Positions 54,330-64,000 of a stretch of DNA of 64,000 nucleotides are shown here, piece after piece. The stretch is from an uncultured Chloroflexia bacterium (GTDB lineage Bacteria; Chloroflexota; Limnocylindria; Limnocylindrales; CSP1-4). A model generated the notes under the pieces. The model was not told the origin of the DNA. It saw nothing but the letters and a program-made list of their open reading frames with translations, and searched no databases. Location of the stretch: NCBI GenBank assembly GCA_963824735.1, contig CAWGQH010000012.1:68992-132991 (forward strand), given 5' to 3'. The position numbers and the translations under genes are program-made. How positions within the stretch are numbered: position 1 is the stretch's first letter; every line of letters starts with the position of its first letter.

Positions 54330-54350
54330 GTTTCGTTCGTGGGACGAAAC
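54330..54350. terminator. Hairpin between convergent genes (7-bp stem GTTTCGT / ACGAAAC)
   Basis: Located at 54330-54336 and 54344-54350, and preceded by a second stem CTCGCC/GGCGAG at 54306-54330. There is no clear U-tract. Confidence 0.35.
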
Positions 54351-54369
54351 AGGCCAGAGCGAATGAGCC

Positions 54370-54621
54370 TCAGCGCACCGGCTGGGCGACGTTCGCGTCC
54401 TCGTCGACCTCGATGTCGTAGCGCTTCGCGGCCGCGAGGATCTTCTTGCGCGCCTCTTCCTTCGCGGACTCGCTTTCGAAGTCGGTCTGGTTGAAGCGTG
54501 CCATCGCGTTGCGGACGTGCGATGCGTCGTTGATCGGCAGGTGCTCGCCGCCATCCTTGTCGACGTAGGCGAACTGGTTCTTGCGAAGGTCGTCGCGATC
54601 CTTGGCGTCAAGTTCCGGCAT
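54370..54621 (-). CDS. Small conserved-looking hypothetical protein
   Basis: The ATG at 54621 is 8 nt after AAGGAGG. Sequence: MPELDAKDRDDLRKNQFAYVDKDGGEHLPINDASHVRNAMARFNQTDFESESAKEEARKKILAAAKRYDI. Confidence 0.6.
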   Translation of the reverse strand: MPELDAKDRDDLRKNQFAYVDKDGGEHLPINDASHVRNAMARFNQTDFESESAKEEARKKILAAAKRYDIEVDEDANVAQPVR

Positions 54622-54710
54622 GGGGATGCCCTCCTTTGACACCATCCTTGGTGCTGCCGCCGAAGGCCCGCGTTACCCCGCCCGAGGGGAGGGGTTGCAG
54701 AGGGCTTTCG

Positions 54711-56339
54711 TCAGCAGGGATCGGCGAGCGCCCCGTCGATCGCCGTGCGGGTCGGCTCCGGTTGCGCCTGCGCCTGCTCGGACTCCGCGCCGTTCGCCCG
54801 CACGTTCCGCAGGACGGCGACCGCGAACAACGCGACGCCCACCGCAAGGACAGCGCTGATCGCGGCCGCGACCTGCATGCCCTGGACGAACGCGTCCTGG
54901 GCGACCGTCAGGACCGTCGCCCCAAGCCGTGCCGGCAGCTCGGCCGCAATCCCGACCGCGCCACCGAGCGTGTCCCGGGCGACCGCGGCCGCCTCGGCCG
55001 GGATGCCGGCGGGCAGCGCGTCGGCCACGTCGCGCCGGTAGATCGCGATGCCGATGCTGCCGAGGATCGAGATCCCCAGCGCGCCGCCGAGCTCGAATGC
55101 GCTCTCGGAGATGCCCGAGGCGGCCCCGGCCCGTTCCGGCGGAGCCGAACCGACGACCAGCTCGGTCGTCAGGCCGAACACCGGCGCCAGGCCGAGCGAG
55201 ATGACGACCGACGAGCCCACCACGATCGCGAGTCCGTCCGTGCCCGCGCCACCGACCCGACTGAGGATCCCGAGCCCGACCGCGGCAATGCCCAGTGCGA
55301 TCCCGATCAGGAACGCCGGCCGGATGTAGCGGAGGAGCCGGGGCGCCGCGTTCGAGCCGATGATGAACGCGATCGCCGAGGGCACCGACCAGATCCCGGC
55401 CTCGAGCGGCGAGAGGCCGAGGACCAGCTGCAGGTACTGGGCGACGAAGATGAAGTAGCCGATCGCCACGAAGATCGTCAGGAAGTTGACGGCGAGCGAC
55501 GCGCTGAAGGCAGGAACCCTGAAGAGGCGGACGTCGATCATCGGGTCGGCCAGCGTCAGCTGGCGACGGACGAACAGCGTTCCCACGACGAGGCCGACGA
55601 GGACGAACGCCGCGGGCGTGACGCCGAACCCGTCCTGCGCGATCTGCTTGAGCCCGAAGATGACCGTCAGCACCGCGACGAGCGACATCGCGACGCTCAG
55701 CAGGTCGAGCCGGCCGGCGTTCGGATCCTTGTACTCGGGAAGCGTGATCGGGCCGAGGATCAGCAGCAGTGCAACCACGGGCAGCGCGAGGAGGAAGACC
55801 GAGCCCCACCAGAAGAATTCGAGCATCAGGCCGCCGAGCAGCGGGCCGATCGCGCTGCCGGCCGAGAACGCCGAGATCCAGACCGCGATCGCCCGGGACC
55901 GCTGGCCGGGATCCTGGAACATCGTGAAGATCAGCGACAGGGTCGACGGTGCGAGCGTCGCGCCGGCGATCCCGAGCAGTGCCCGGCTCAGGATGAGCAT
56001 CTCGGCGCTCACCGCGAACGCGGCGAGCAGCGACAGCACGCCGAAGGCGGCGGCGCCGATGAACAGCAGCTTGCGGCGGCCGATGCGGTCGCCGAGCGTG
56101 CCCATCGTCACGAGGAAGCCCGCGACCATGAAGCCGTAGATGTCGATGATCCAGAGGAGCTGCGCGCTGCTCGGCTGGAGGTCGGCCGAGAGCGACGGCA
56201 CCGCCAGGTGCAGCACGGTCAGGTCCATCACGTAGATCAGGCACGCCAGCGCGAGGACGGACAGGCCGATCCATTCGCGGCGGCCCGCGCGGGGTGGTAC
56301 AGCTGTCTGGGCGGTCATCTCGGGAGGCTCCTCGGTCAC
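54711..56339 (-). CDS. MFS transporter, DHA2 (14-TM, EmrB/QacA-like) drug:H+ antiporter type
   Basis: Intact 542 aa, about 14 hydrophobic segments, with the motif GTLGDRIGRRKLLFIG. Confidence 0.9.
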   Translation of the reverse strand: MTEEPPEMTAQTAVPPRAGRREWIGLSVLALACLIYVMDLTVLHLAVPSLSADLQPSSAQLLWIIDIYGFMVAGFLVTMGTLGDRIGRRKLLFIGAAAFGVLSLLAAFAVSAEMLILSRALLGIAGATLAPSTLSLIFTMFQDPGQRSRAIAVWISAFSAGSAIGPLLGGLMLEFFWWGSVFLLALPVVALLLILGPITLPEYKDPNAGRLDLLSVAMSLVAVLTVIFGLKQIAQDGFGVTPAAFVLVGLVVGTLFVRRQLTLADPMIDVRLFRVPAFSASLAVNFLTIFVAIGYFIFVAQYLQLVLGLSPLEAGIWSVPSAIAFIIGSNAAPRLLRYIRPAFLIGIALGIAAVGLGILSRVGGAGTDGLAIVVGSSVVISLGLAPVFGLTTELVVGSAPPERAGAASGISESAFELGGALGISILGSIGIAIYRRDVADALPAGIPAEAAAVARDTLGGAVGIAAELPARLGATVLTVAQDAFVQGMQVAAAISAVLAVGVALFAVAVLRNVRANGAESEQAQAQPEPTRTAIDGALADPC

Positions 56340-56390
56340 GGAACGCGGTGTTGCGGTGTCACCGTTTCAGACCGGGTCATGCCCGAGAAC

Positions 56391-57083
56391 TCATCGGTCG
56401 ATCGTCGGCTCCCCCTGGCGCGTGTAGACCGCGGCCGTGAAGCTGCAGAAACGGGTGTCGCTGTTGCTGCGCCAAGCCAGCGCGCCATCCTTCTCGAGCG
56501 GAACCTCCAGCGGCACCTTGGTGATCTCCTGGCGCGGGAGCGTCAGGCCGTCGATGACCGGCTCGGCGTCGACCTCGAGCAGCCAGTCGCCCGGCGGGTA
56601 GTCGCAGCGTTCATCGCCGCGCGCCAGCTCAGCCTGCAGCACGACCGGCGAACCGGCATGGAGCGTGACCCGGCCGTCCGCGTCGGCAGGCATGGCTCGC
56701 GCGAGAAGCGCGGCGAGGTCCGGGTCGCCCCAGCAGCGGTCGTCCAGCCCCGCGTCCAGCGGGTTCCAGAACGGTCCGGTGAGACAGAGCCGCGGGGCGC
56801 CGGCGAGCGTGACGTCCCTGGGCGTCTCCAGCCGCACCTCGAGCGCCAGGTCCTCGACGATCCGGACGGGCACCATCCGGATGCCTTCGTCGAGACCGAA
56901 GTCGGCGATGGCCTGCGTGGCACCGAGTGACGACTCGTCAACGGTCGCGGTCACGGTGATGCCGTCGAAGAGTTCGTCAGCGGTCGCCGGTCGCAGCGCG
57001 GTCCAGGCCCAGAGCGCAACGCCCGCGAGAGCGACGACCGCCAAGCCGGCCGCGACTGCCACGACGGCCGTGCGGCGGTTCAC
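56391..57083 (-). CDS. Hypothetical membrane-anchored/secreted protein
   Basis: The N-terminal anchor is RRTAVVAVAAGLAVVALAGVALWAW. 230 aa, with no motif that I recognise. Confidence 0.6.
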   Translation of the reverse strand: MNRRTAVVAVAAGLAVVALAGVALWAWTALRPATADELFDGITVTATVDESSLGATQAIADFGLDEGIRMVPVRIVEDLALEVRLETPRDVTLAGAPRLCLTGPFWNPLDAGLDDRCWGDPDLAALLARAMPADADGRVTLHAGSPVVLQAELARGDERCDYPPGDWLLEVDAEPVIDGLTLPRQEITKVPLEVPLEKDGALAWRSNSDTRFCSFTAAVYTRQGEPTIDR

Positions 57084-57229
57084 TCGGTGCTCCTCATGCG
57101 CGCGCCATTCTCCGTCAACAGCACCGATGAGTTTCGACGCCGGTCCCCGTCATAGAAGTGGCGCCGGCGAAAGGGCAATCGCCCTCTCACCGGCGCCTCC
57201 GTCTGGCCGGAAGCACTGCCTGCGGCAGG

Positions 57230-58613
57230 TCAGCTCGTGGCAGGCGCCACGTTCTGGTTCAGGTGGAACAGGTTGTCCGGGTCGTACCGCGCCTTGACGC
57301 GCGCCAGCCGGTCCCAGGTCGCGCCCGGGTATGCGGCGTGGGTTCGCGCCTCGCCCTCGTCCCCGACGAAGTTGACGTACGCCGCGTCATCCCCCTGGTA
57401 GAGCGCCTCGCTGAACTGCTTCACCCAGTCGGCCTTTCGGGCGCGGTCCTCATCGCCCTCGTAGAACGCGGCGACGTTGACCATGATCCGGCCCGAGCGG
57501 TGGGCGTAGGCCGTGGCGTCGGACGGCACGCGACCCATGGCGCCGCCGAGCACCCGCAGCTGGGCGACACGGATGGGCGACGTCGATCGCGTTGAGCCGT
57601 TCGACGATCAGCTCGGCCGTCGCCCGGTCAACGTGATCGATGAACATCGTGCGCGACTCGGCCGTCGGATGGTAGTCAGGGTCATCGGGCGGGTACATCG
57701 TGGTGTACGGGTTCGCCGCCACGAAGTCCGCAAGCGGCGTGCCGAGCGCCCGGAACGGGGCAAGGACGCGTTCCGCCGACTCGGGGTCGCCGGTGTACGC
57801 CAGCATGCCCATCAGGACGATCGAGCCGACCGCCTCCTCGGGGAGGAAGGGCATCGGCGGCGCCGACATGACGTTGGCGATCGTCGAGAGCTCGTCCGGC
57901 GCCGCATCGGCGGCGGCGACGAAGCCTTCGATGACTTCGGGCGTGCCCGGCAGCACGAGCATGCCGCCCGTGAACTGGCTGACGTCCGCCAGCCGGTACT
58001 GGAAACGGGTGACGACGCCGAAGTTGCCGCCGCCTCCGCGGATCGCCCAGAACAGGTCCGGCTCGTGCTCGGCATCGACGCGGCGCAGCTGGCCGTCGGC
58101 CGTCACGATCTCGGCGGCGAGGACGTTGTCGATCGTCAGCCCGTGCAGGCGGCCGAGATAGCCGACGCCGCCGCCAAGCGTGATGCCGCCGATCCCGACG
58201 GAGCCGGTGTCCCCGAAGCCCGTCGCGAGACCGTGCTCGACGGTCGCGGTCGAGTACTCGATCGCGGTCAGGCCGGCCTCCGCCCAGGCCGTCCGGTTCG
58301 CGGCATCGATCTCGAGGCCCTTCATGTCGTGGAGGTCGAGGACGATGCCGTCGTCGACCGTGCCGTGGCCGGAGGCGCTGTGACCGCCGCTGCGAACGGC
58401 GAGCTCGACGCCGTGATCGCGCGCGAAGTTCACGACGGCCACGACGTCGTCGGCGTCTGCGACGCGGACGACCGCGGCCGGCCGCCGATCGGCGGCGGTC
58501 GGGACGAGGACGGTCCGGGCCGCCTCGTAATCCGCGTCTTCCGGGCCGATGACCCGGCCGCTGACCGCGGCCTGCAGGTCCGGGATGGAGATGGGTGTTG
58601 TCGCTTGCTGCAC
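57230..58613 (-). pseudogene. FAD-binding (PCMH/BBE-type) oxidoreductase, one frameshift near 57570
   Basis: VVRVADADDVVAVVNFARDHGVELAVRSGGHS, GVGIGGITLGGGVGYL, DLFWAIRGGGGNFGVVT. The BBE-like end YVNFVGDEG..YDPDNLFHLNQNV is in ORF 57230..57553. Length is 3n+1. Confidence 0.8.
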
Positions 58614-58780
58614 AGGACGACTCCTCTGCCTTCAGGTGGCTACGGGCTGGTGGTGCCGTGAGTTTGACTGGTCGAGCGATCGCGAATCATCGGCCGGCCT
58701 GTCGGTCCCCGCCGATGAGTTCCGGACCGTGAGCCGGTCTGATGGGTGAAGGAGGTCGCCGGTCGGTGGCACATCCGGGC

Positions 58781-59185
58781 ATGTCTCCACAACCGAAGAC
58801 CATCGTGCTCGTCGTCGACTCGCTCGAGCCCGACGACGTGCCGGCGCTCCTGGAGCCCGTGGGTCCAGGCATGGTCCGGGGCGATCCGACGATCATCCTG
58901 TGCGACCTCGCGCGCCTGGCCGATGCGGACATCGCGACCGTCGATGCGCTCGCCCGGCTCGCGCTTCGGGCGCGCCGGATGGGTTGTGCGGTCAGCCTGC
59001 GTGATCCGTCCACGGAACTCCTCGAACTCGTCGGTCTCGCCGGGCTTGGCGAGGTCCTGCCGTGCGCGCCCGGCTCAGGCGTCGAGGTGGTCGGGCAATC
59101 CGAAGAGCGGGAAGAACCGCTCGGTGTCGAGGAAGAACGTGATGCCGGCGACCCGGCCGTCGCGAAGCTCGAGCACCTGGATTGA
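58781..59185 (+). CDS. STAS-domain protein (anti-sigma-factor antagonist-like)
   Basis: TIILCDLARLADADIATVDALARLALRARRMGCAVSLRDPSTELLELVGLAGLGEVL. The acidic tail overlaps the convergent sigma gene by 111 nt. Confidence 0.7.
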   Translation: MSPQPKTIVLVVDSLEPDDVPALLEPVGPGMVRGDPTIILCDLARLADADIATVDALARLALRARRMGCAVSLRDPSTELLELVGLAGLGEVLPCAPGSGVEVVGQSEEREEPLGVEEERDAGDPAVAKLEHLD

Positions 59186-60093
59186 CCACGGCGCGAGGCC
59201 GCCGTCCGGGTCCGGCTTGTACTGCCCGAACCCCGGCGCGCCGTTCGCCACGATCGGCATGAGCCGCGAGCCCTGGCACCCGATGCCTGGCCCGAGACAC
59301 CACTTGACGATGTCGTCGTGGGTCTGCAGCCAGAGGTCGTACGGCGGCATGTTCCACGTCGCGTCCTCGCGCAGGAGCGAGGTCAGCGAATCCATGTCGT
59401 AGCGCTCGAACGCATCGACGTAGCGGGCAAGGAGCGCCTGGTCGTCGGCGTTGAGCGGTTCGATCGCGCTGTCGCCGTGGCCGTCCTCGTCCTTGGCTGC
59501 ATCAAGCGTGGCGCGCGCCCGCTGGAGCGCGCTGTTCACCGACGCGACGCTCGTGTCGAGCAGCTCGGCGACCTCGCTGGCCTGCCAGCGGAGCACCTCG
59601 CGCAGGATCAGCACCGCGCGCTGCTTCGGCGGCAGGCGTTGGAGGGCAGAGACGAACGCCAGGCGGATCGACTCGCGCGCGATGGCGACCTCGGCCGGAT
59701 CGCCGCCGGTCGGGACCACGACGGAATCGGGGATCGGCTCGACCCAGAGCGCCTCTTCGAGCGCGGGCCCAAGCGTCGCTTCGGCGACCGACGCCGGGCC
59801 CATGTCCATCGGTCGGGCACGCCGCTTGCGGCCGTTGAGCATGTCGAGGCAGACATTGGTGGCGATCCGGTACAGCCACGAGCGGAGGGCCGCGCGACCC
59901 TCGAACCGTTCGAGGCTCTTCCAGGCCCGGACGAGCGTCTCCTGGACCGCGTCCTCGGCATCGAAGGTCGAGCCGAGCATCCGGTAGGCGTAGCCGGTGA
60001 GCTCGGTCCGATAGTCCTCGAGCTGGCGCTCGAGGTCCGCAAACGCGGATCCCTGTGCGGCGTGCCGGCTCGATCGAGCGCGACCTGGGTCAT
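59075..60093 (-). pseudogene. ECF sigma factor with a C-terminal SnoaL/NTF2-like domain (SigG / TIGR02960 type). The 5' end is out of frame with the RBS-anchored ATG.
   Basis: Region 2 is YRMLGSTFDAEDAVQETLVRAWKSLERFEGRAALRSWLYRIATN. Region 4 is LPPKQRAVLILREVLRWQASEVAELLDTSVASVNSALQRAR. Tail: YDMDSLTSLLREDATWNMPPY..FGLPDHLDA. The ATG at 60093 follows GGGAGG, but the distance to the stop is 3n+2. Confidence 0.75.
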
Positions 60094-60431
60094 GTGTGGG
60101 GACCTCCCGTCCTCGGGCAATGAACGTCGGGGACGGACATGGTACGGCGATGGGCGAATCCTGTCCGCGCCGCGCTGGCTCGGAGCGCGTCGCGGCAATT
60201 GCGCCACTGGGCAAACGACGACTCGCGGCATGGACAAATGTCCATCCCAACCGCGCCGGGCGAGGCGCGCACGCTCGAGGCCGAGCCACGCGCCGATACG
60301 AGCCTTGCCCAAGAACGGCCGAGCCTTCCTCCAAGGCTCGGCCGTTCGTCGTGCCGTTCACCCGGAGCGCCCGCGGTCCGGGCGGGGTAGCCTGTACGCG
60401 CCGCACCCGCAGGCGTCTCGGAGAACCCGTC

Positions 60432-61593
60432 ATGGCCCAACGACGCACGCGATTCCCGCTTCCGACGCGACCGTTCTCCCGAACCCGTGGCGCACGGCCG
60501 AGGCCCAGCGACGAGCCGGCTCCCGAGGTCTCGATGGAGGCCCGCCCGGAGGATGTCGTCGCCCCGGTCGAGAAGTCCGTCGTCGACGCCGCGATCTATC
60601 GCGACGGCGTGCGCATCGCCAGTCCGGCGACGGTCGCCGAGGTCACGCAGCCAGCTCCGCGAGGAACCCGGGTCCTTCGCCTGGATCGGGATGCTGCGGC
60701 CGACCGAAGCCCAGCTCCTGCCCGTCGCCGACGAGTTCGGCTTCCACGAGATCGCGGTCGAGGACGCGATCGTCGCCCACCAGCGGCCGAAGCTCGAGCG
60801 CTACGGCGACACGCTGTTCGTCGTCCTTCGCGCGGCGACCTACCTGGACAAGGAGGAGGAGGTCGAGTTCGGCGAGATCCACATCTTCGTCGGACCGAAC
60901 TTCGTGCTCACGGTCCGCCACAGCCGGACGCCCGACCTGGGTCGCGTCCGGGAACGGATGGAGAACGATCCGGAGCTGCTTGCGCGCGGTCCGGAGGCGG
61001 TCCTCTACGCGATCCTCGACGGCGTCGTCGACGGCTATGCCCCGGTCGTCGCGGGCCTCCAGAAGGACATCGACGAGATCGAGGTCCAGGTCTTCCGCAA
61101 CGATCCCAAGGTGTCGCGGCGCATCTACGAGCTGTCGGGCGAGGTCATCGAGTTCCAGCGCTCGACGCGACCGTTGATGGCGATGCTCGACGGGCTGACC
61201 GCCGGCTTCGACAAGTACGGCACCGACGAGGAGCTCCAGCGCTACCTGCGCGACGTCGCCGACCACGCGACGACGGTCGTCGAGCGCGTCGACAACTTCC
61301 GCCAGATGCTGTCCGACGTGCTGACCCTCAACGCGACGCTGGTCAACCAGGCGCAGACCGAGGAGATGAAGCGCCTGACCGAGGCGAGCTACGACCAGAA
61401 CGAGGAGATCAAGCGGATCTCCGCCTGGGCCGCGATCATCTTCGCGCCGACGCTCATCGGCACGATCTACGGGATGAACTTCGACAACATCCCGGAGCTG
61501 CATTGGGGATACGGCTACCCGTTCGCGCTCGGGCTCATGGTCGTGTCGAGCGTGGTGCTGTGGCTGATCTTCCGGGCGCGCGGGTGGTTGTGA
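60432..61593 (+). pseudogene. corA: Mg2+/Co2+ transporter CorA, one frameshift near 60650
   Basis: The N-terminal VVDAAIYRDGVRIASPATVAEVT is in the frame of ORF 60096... The rest is in ORF 60487.., including FGFHEIAVEDAI and the YGMNF (GMN) motif. Length is 3n+1. Confidence 0.85.
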
Positions 61594-61667
61594 TCCCCCG
61601 GCGTTGACGGTGCGTTAACGAAGCGCCGCTACCGTCGCGCAATCAGCACGCCGCACCCGATGAGGAA

Positions 61668-62087
61668 TTGATGAGCGCCGTCATCGACCACCTGACGCAG
61701 GTCCCGCTCTTTCGCGGCATGACCCAGAGCGCGCTGGAGGCCGTCGCCGGCCTCGCCACCGAGACGCAGTTCGCCGACGGCGACGAGGTCACGCGCGAGG
61801 GCGACGAGGGCGACGCCTTCTACGTGGTCGTCGACGGGCAGCTCGTCATCTCGCAGAACGGCATGACGATCCGGAACCTGGGCCCGGGCGACTTCCTCGG
61901 CGAGATCTCCCTGATCGACGGCCGGCCGCGCACGGCGACCGCCACGGCCGCGGGCCCGGTCAAGGCGCTGGTGATCCGCCGGCCCGAGTTCCTCGAGCTG
62001 ATGGACCGCTTCGGCGCGGTCCGCCTCGGCGTCCTGATGGCGCTGACCGAGCGAGTCCGGAGCGACGAGAACGCCCCGTTCGACTGA
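61668..62087 (+). CDS. Stand-alone cyclic-nucleotide-binding domain protein
   Basis: VPLFRGMTQSALEAVA..GDEGDAFYVVVDG..GPGDFLGEISLIDGRPRTATATA. There is no DNA-binding domain. Confidence 0.8.
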   Translation: MMSAVIDHLTQVPLFRGMTQSALEAVAGLATETQFADGDEVTREGDEGDAFYVVVDGQLVISQNGMTIRNLGPGDFLGEISLIDGRPRTATATAAGPVKALVIRRPEFLELMDRFGAVRLGVLMALTERVRSDENAPFD

Positions 62088-62092
62088 GGCCG

Positions 62093-62975
62093 TCAGGCCA
62101 GGCGGCGCGTGTCCAGCGCCCGGCCCCAGTGGAGGATCCGGACGGCGATGAGGACGCCGAACGCGGCGAGCACGAGGATGGCGGCCGCCGCGATCGACGC
62201 GTCGAGGTCGCCGCCCTGGAACTCGCCGTAGACGACGAGCGGCAGGGTCTGCGTCCGGCCCTCGATGTTGCCGGCGAACATGATCGTCGCGCCGAACTCG
62301 CCGAGCGCGCGGGCCCACGCCATGACGAGGCCGGCCGCGAGTGCGGTTGCCGCCAGGGGCGCCGTGATCCGCCGGAAGACCTGGAACTCCGAGGCGCCGT
62401 CGACGCGCGCCGCGGCCTCGAGGTCGACGGTCGACGTTCGAGATGCCGGTTCGCGCCGAGCGGATGAAGAACGGTGCCGAGACGAAGGTCTGGGCGAGGA
62501 TCACGGCGAGGGTCGTGAACGGGATGCTGAGCGTCGAACGCGTCGCCGAGCAGGCCGCGCCGGCCGAACACCAGCAGCAGGCCAAGGCCGGCGACGGCCG
62601 GCGGCAGCACGATCGGCAGGTCGACGATGGTCTCGACGAGCCACGATCCGCGGAACGTGCGCCGCGCCATCAACGAGCGCGAGCGGCAGACCGAACGTCA
62701 CCGTGAGCACCAGGCTGATCGAGGTCGTGACGAGGCTCAGGACCAGGGCGTCGAGCACGACCGGCGTCGTGAGCGCGTCGGTGAGCGAGCCGTCCAGCGA
62801 CCGAGCGGAGGATCAGGACGGCGACCGGCAGGCCGAGGAAGAGCAGCGTGAGGCCGGCAACGAGCCGGACGGTCCACCCCCCGAGCACGGACACGTCCGG
62901 CCCGTCGTCGGGTCGCACCGCACCCCCCGGGCGTGCGACCCGTGTCGATGCGCCGGTGTCGGCGCCGGATGTCAT
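62093..62975 (-). pseudogene. modB: Molybdate ABC transporter permease ModB, 4 frameshifts
   Basis: WTVRLVAGLTLLFLGLPVAVLILRS / SLDGSLTDALTTPVVLDALVLSLVTTSISLVLTVTFGLPLAL / MARRTFRGSWLVETIVDLPIVLPPAVAGLGLLLVFGRRGLLG / LSIPFTTLAVILAQTFVSAPFFIRSARTGI / DLEAAARVDGASEFQVFRRITAPL..ARALGEFGATIMFAGN. Junctions lie near 62807, 62685, 62533 and 62440. Length is 3n+1. Confidence 0.8.
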
Positions 62976-63796
62976 GGCGGCGGCAGGAAGCCGAACGAGG
63001 CCAGGATCGCCTGGCCGTCGGGCCCCGTCAGCCAGTCGAGGAACGCCGCCGCGGCGTCCTGGTTCGGCGATTCGCCGACGACCACGCCCGCGTAGGTCGC
63101 CGGAACGTTGGCCGCGTCCGGGACCTCGATCGGCGTGACCTCGTCCGACGCGGCGGCGTCGGTGACGTAGACGATCCCGGCATCGCCCTCGCCGAGCTCG
63201 ATCTTGGCCACGATTGCGCTGACGTTGTCCTCCTTCGAGGCGACGTTCGCGGCGTACGCGGCCGCGAAGTCGGCCGGGTGCGCCGGCCTCGCCGGCGAGG
63301 TTCTCGACGAGCTGGGTCGCGTACTTCGTGATCGGCACCTCGTCGCCGGCGGCGATGATCCGTGATGCCCGGCTTCGCGAGGTCGGCCGGCGACTGGATC
63401 CCTGCCGGGTTGTCGGTCGGGACGATGACGGTCAGCTCGTTGCCGGCGAACGGTGATCGGCGCACCGCTCGGCGAACCCGCCGTCGACGAGCTTCTGCGG
63501 GTTGGTCGTGTCGGCCGACAGGAAGACATCGGCCGGGGCGCCCTGCTCGATCTGCGTCTCGAGCGCAGCCGACGAGTCGGTCGAGATCGTGAGATCGGTC
63601 CCGGGTTCGCTGCCTCGTAGGCGGCTTCCGCCTCGGCGAGCACGTTCTTCAGGGACGCGGCGGCGAAGATCGTGAGCTCGACCGGCTGCCGCGCGCTCGA
63701 TGGCGGTCGAGGTCGTACGTCGCGCCACCGGCGCTCGAACAGGCTGCGACGAGCAGCGCGAGGATTGCCGCCGAGGATGGCCGGCCGCGTCGTCAC
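62972..63796 (-). pseudogene. modA: Molybdate ABC transporter substrate-binding lipoprotein ModA, about 6 frameshifts
   Basis: GTG at 63796. VTTRPAILGG / ILALLVAACSSAGGAT (lipobox) / PVELTIFAAASLKNVLAEAEAAYEAANPG / TDLTISTDSSAALETQIEQGAPADVFLSADTTNPQKL / PFAGNELTVIVPTDNPAGIQSPADLAKPGI / VPITKYATQLVENL / ..GDAGIVYVTDAAAS..FLDWLTGPDGQAILASFGFLPPP. The stop overlaps the modB ATG as ATGA. Confidence 0.8.
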
Positions 63797-64000
63797 GAGC
63801 GCGGTCTCCCGCGCCGACGGGATCTCGACGACGACGTTGGTTGCCTTCACCGTGCAGATCGCCTCGTCGCCGACCTTGAGGTCGAGGTCGTCGACGGCCT
63901 CGGCGGTCATCAGGCTGACGAGCCGGTGCGGGTCCGGCCTGGACCTCGACGACCGCCGCGACGCGGTCCCGCTCGATCCGGGTCACGATGCCCGCGAAGT
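63793..64000 (-). pseudogene. Molybdopterin-binding (Mop/TOBE) domain protein, C-terminal part. It enters from the right edge, with at least one frameshift near 63925.
   Basis: FAGIVTRIERDRVAAVVEVQAGP then HRLVSLMTAEAVDDLDLKVGDEAICTVKATNVVVE. The real stop is unclear; a TGA at 63795-63793 would overlap the modA GTG as GTGA. Confidence 0.5.

Overview
The window is 64 kb of very GC-rich, gene-dense chromosomal DNA. By eye the GC content is about two-thirds or more; I did not compute it. Gene content and signals look Actinomycetota-like: an HspR/HAIR heat-shock operator, a ceoB/ceoC plus Rv2690c-like K+ uptake cluster, leaderless-type promoters, and many GTGA/ATGA start-stop overlaps. I found no rRNA, tRNA, CRISPR array, transposase or integrase.

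Genes I recognise, from left to right:
- the 5' part of a SARP-family regulator, cut by the left edge
- a NUDIX CoA pyrophosphatase
- an hspR-lon-cbpA-clpB stress operon with a textbook HAIR operator
- trkA x2, usp and an APC-like permease
- a metallophosphoesterase and rsmG
- csoR with a perfect 17-nt palindromic operator, facing a four-gene operon that includes hpt
- livFGMHK
- a GNAT acetyltransferase
- a NYN/LabA nuclease-like protein with a disordered tail of about 480 aa
- holB and acyP
- three coupled unknown genes followed by an acyl-ACP thioesterase
- a Vgb-like lyase, an LtrA-like protein and an AlkZ/YcaQ-like glycosylase
- a kdp locus in which KdpD is encoded as two separate genes flanking kdpFABC, plus kdpE and an extra receiver
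- a threonine dehydratase, a methyltransferase, phzF, a SnoaL-like protein, an M24-like protein and a CRTAC1/FG-GAP protein
- a xylose-type ABC transporter with xylA
- an aminotransferase, an MFS pump and an FAD oxidase
- a STAS protein, a SigG-type ECF sigma factor, corA and a cNMP-binding protein
- modBA and a Mop fragment at the right edge

The dominant unexpected signal is about 85 single-base indels, counted by hand while splicing reading frames. They are very unevenly placed. The kdp, liv and mod operons are shredded, reaching about 1 indel per 60 bp in kdpC. Stretches of about 9.6 kb and 6 kb have none. I think most of these are consensus or polishing errors, but that needs read-level data.

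All calls rest on my own reading of the translations and sequence. No database search was run.
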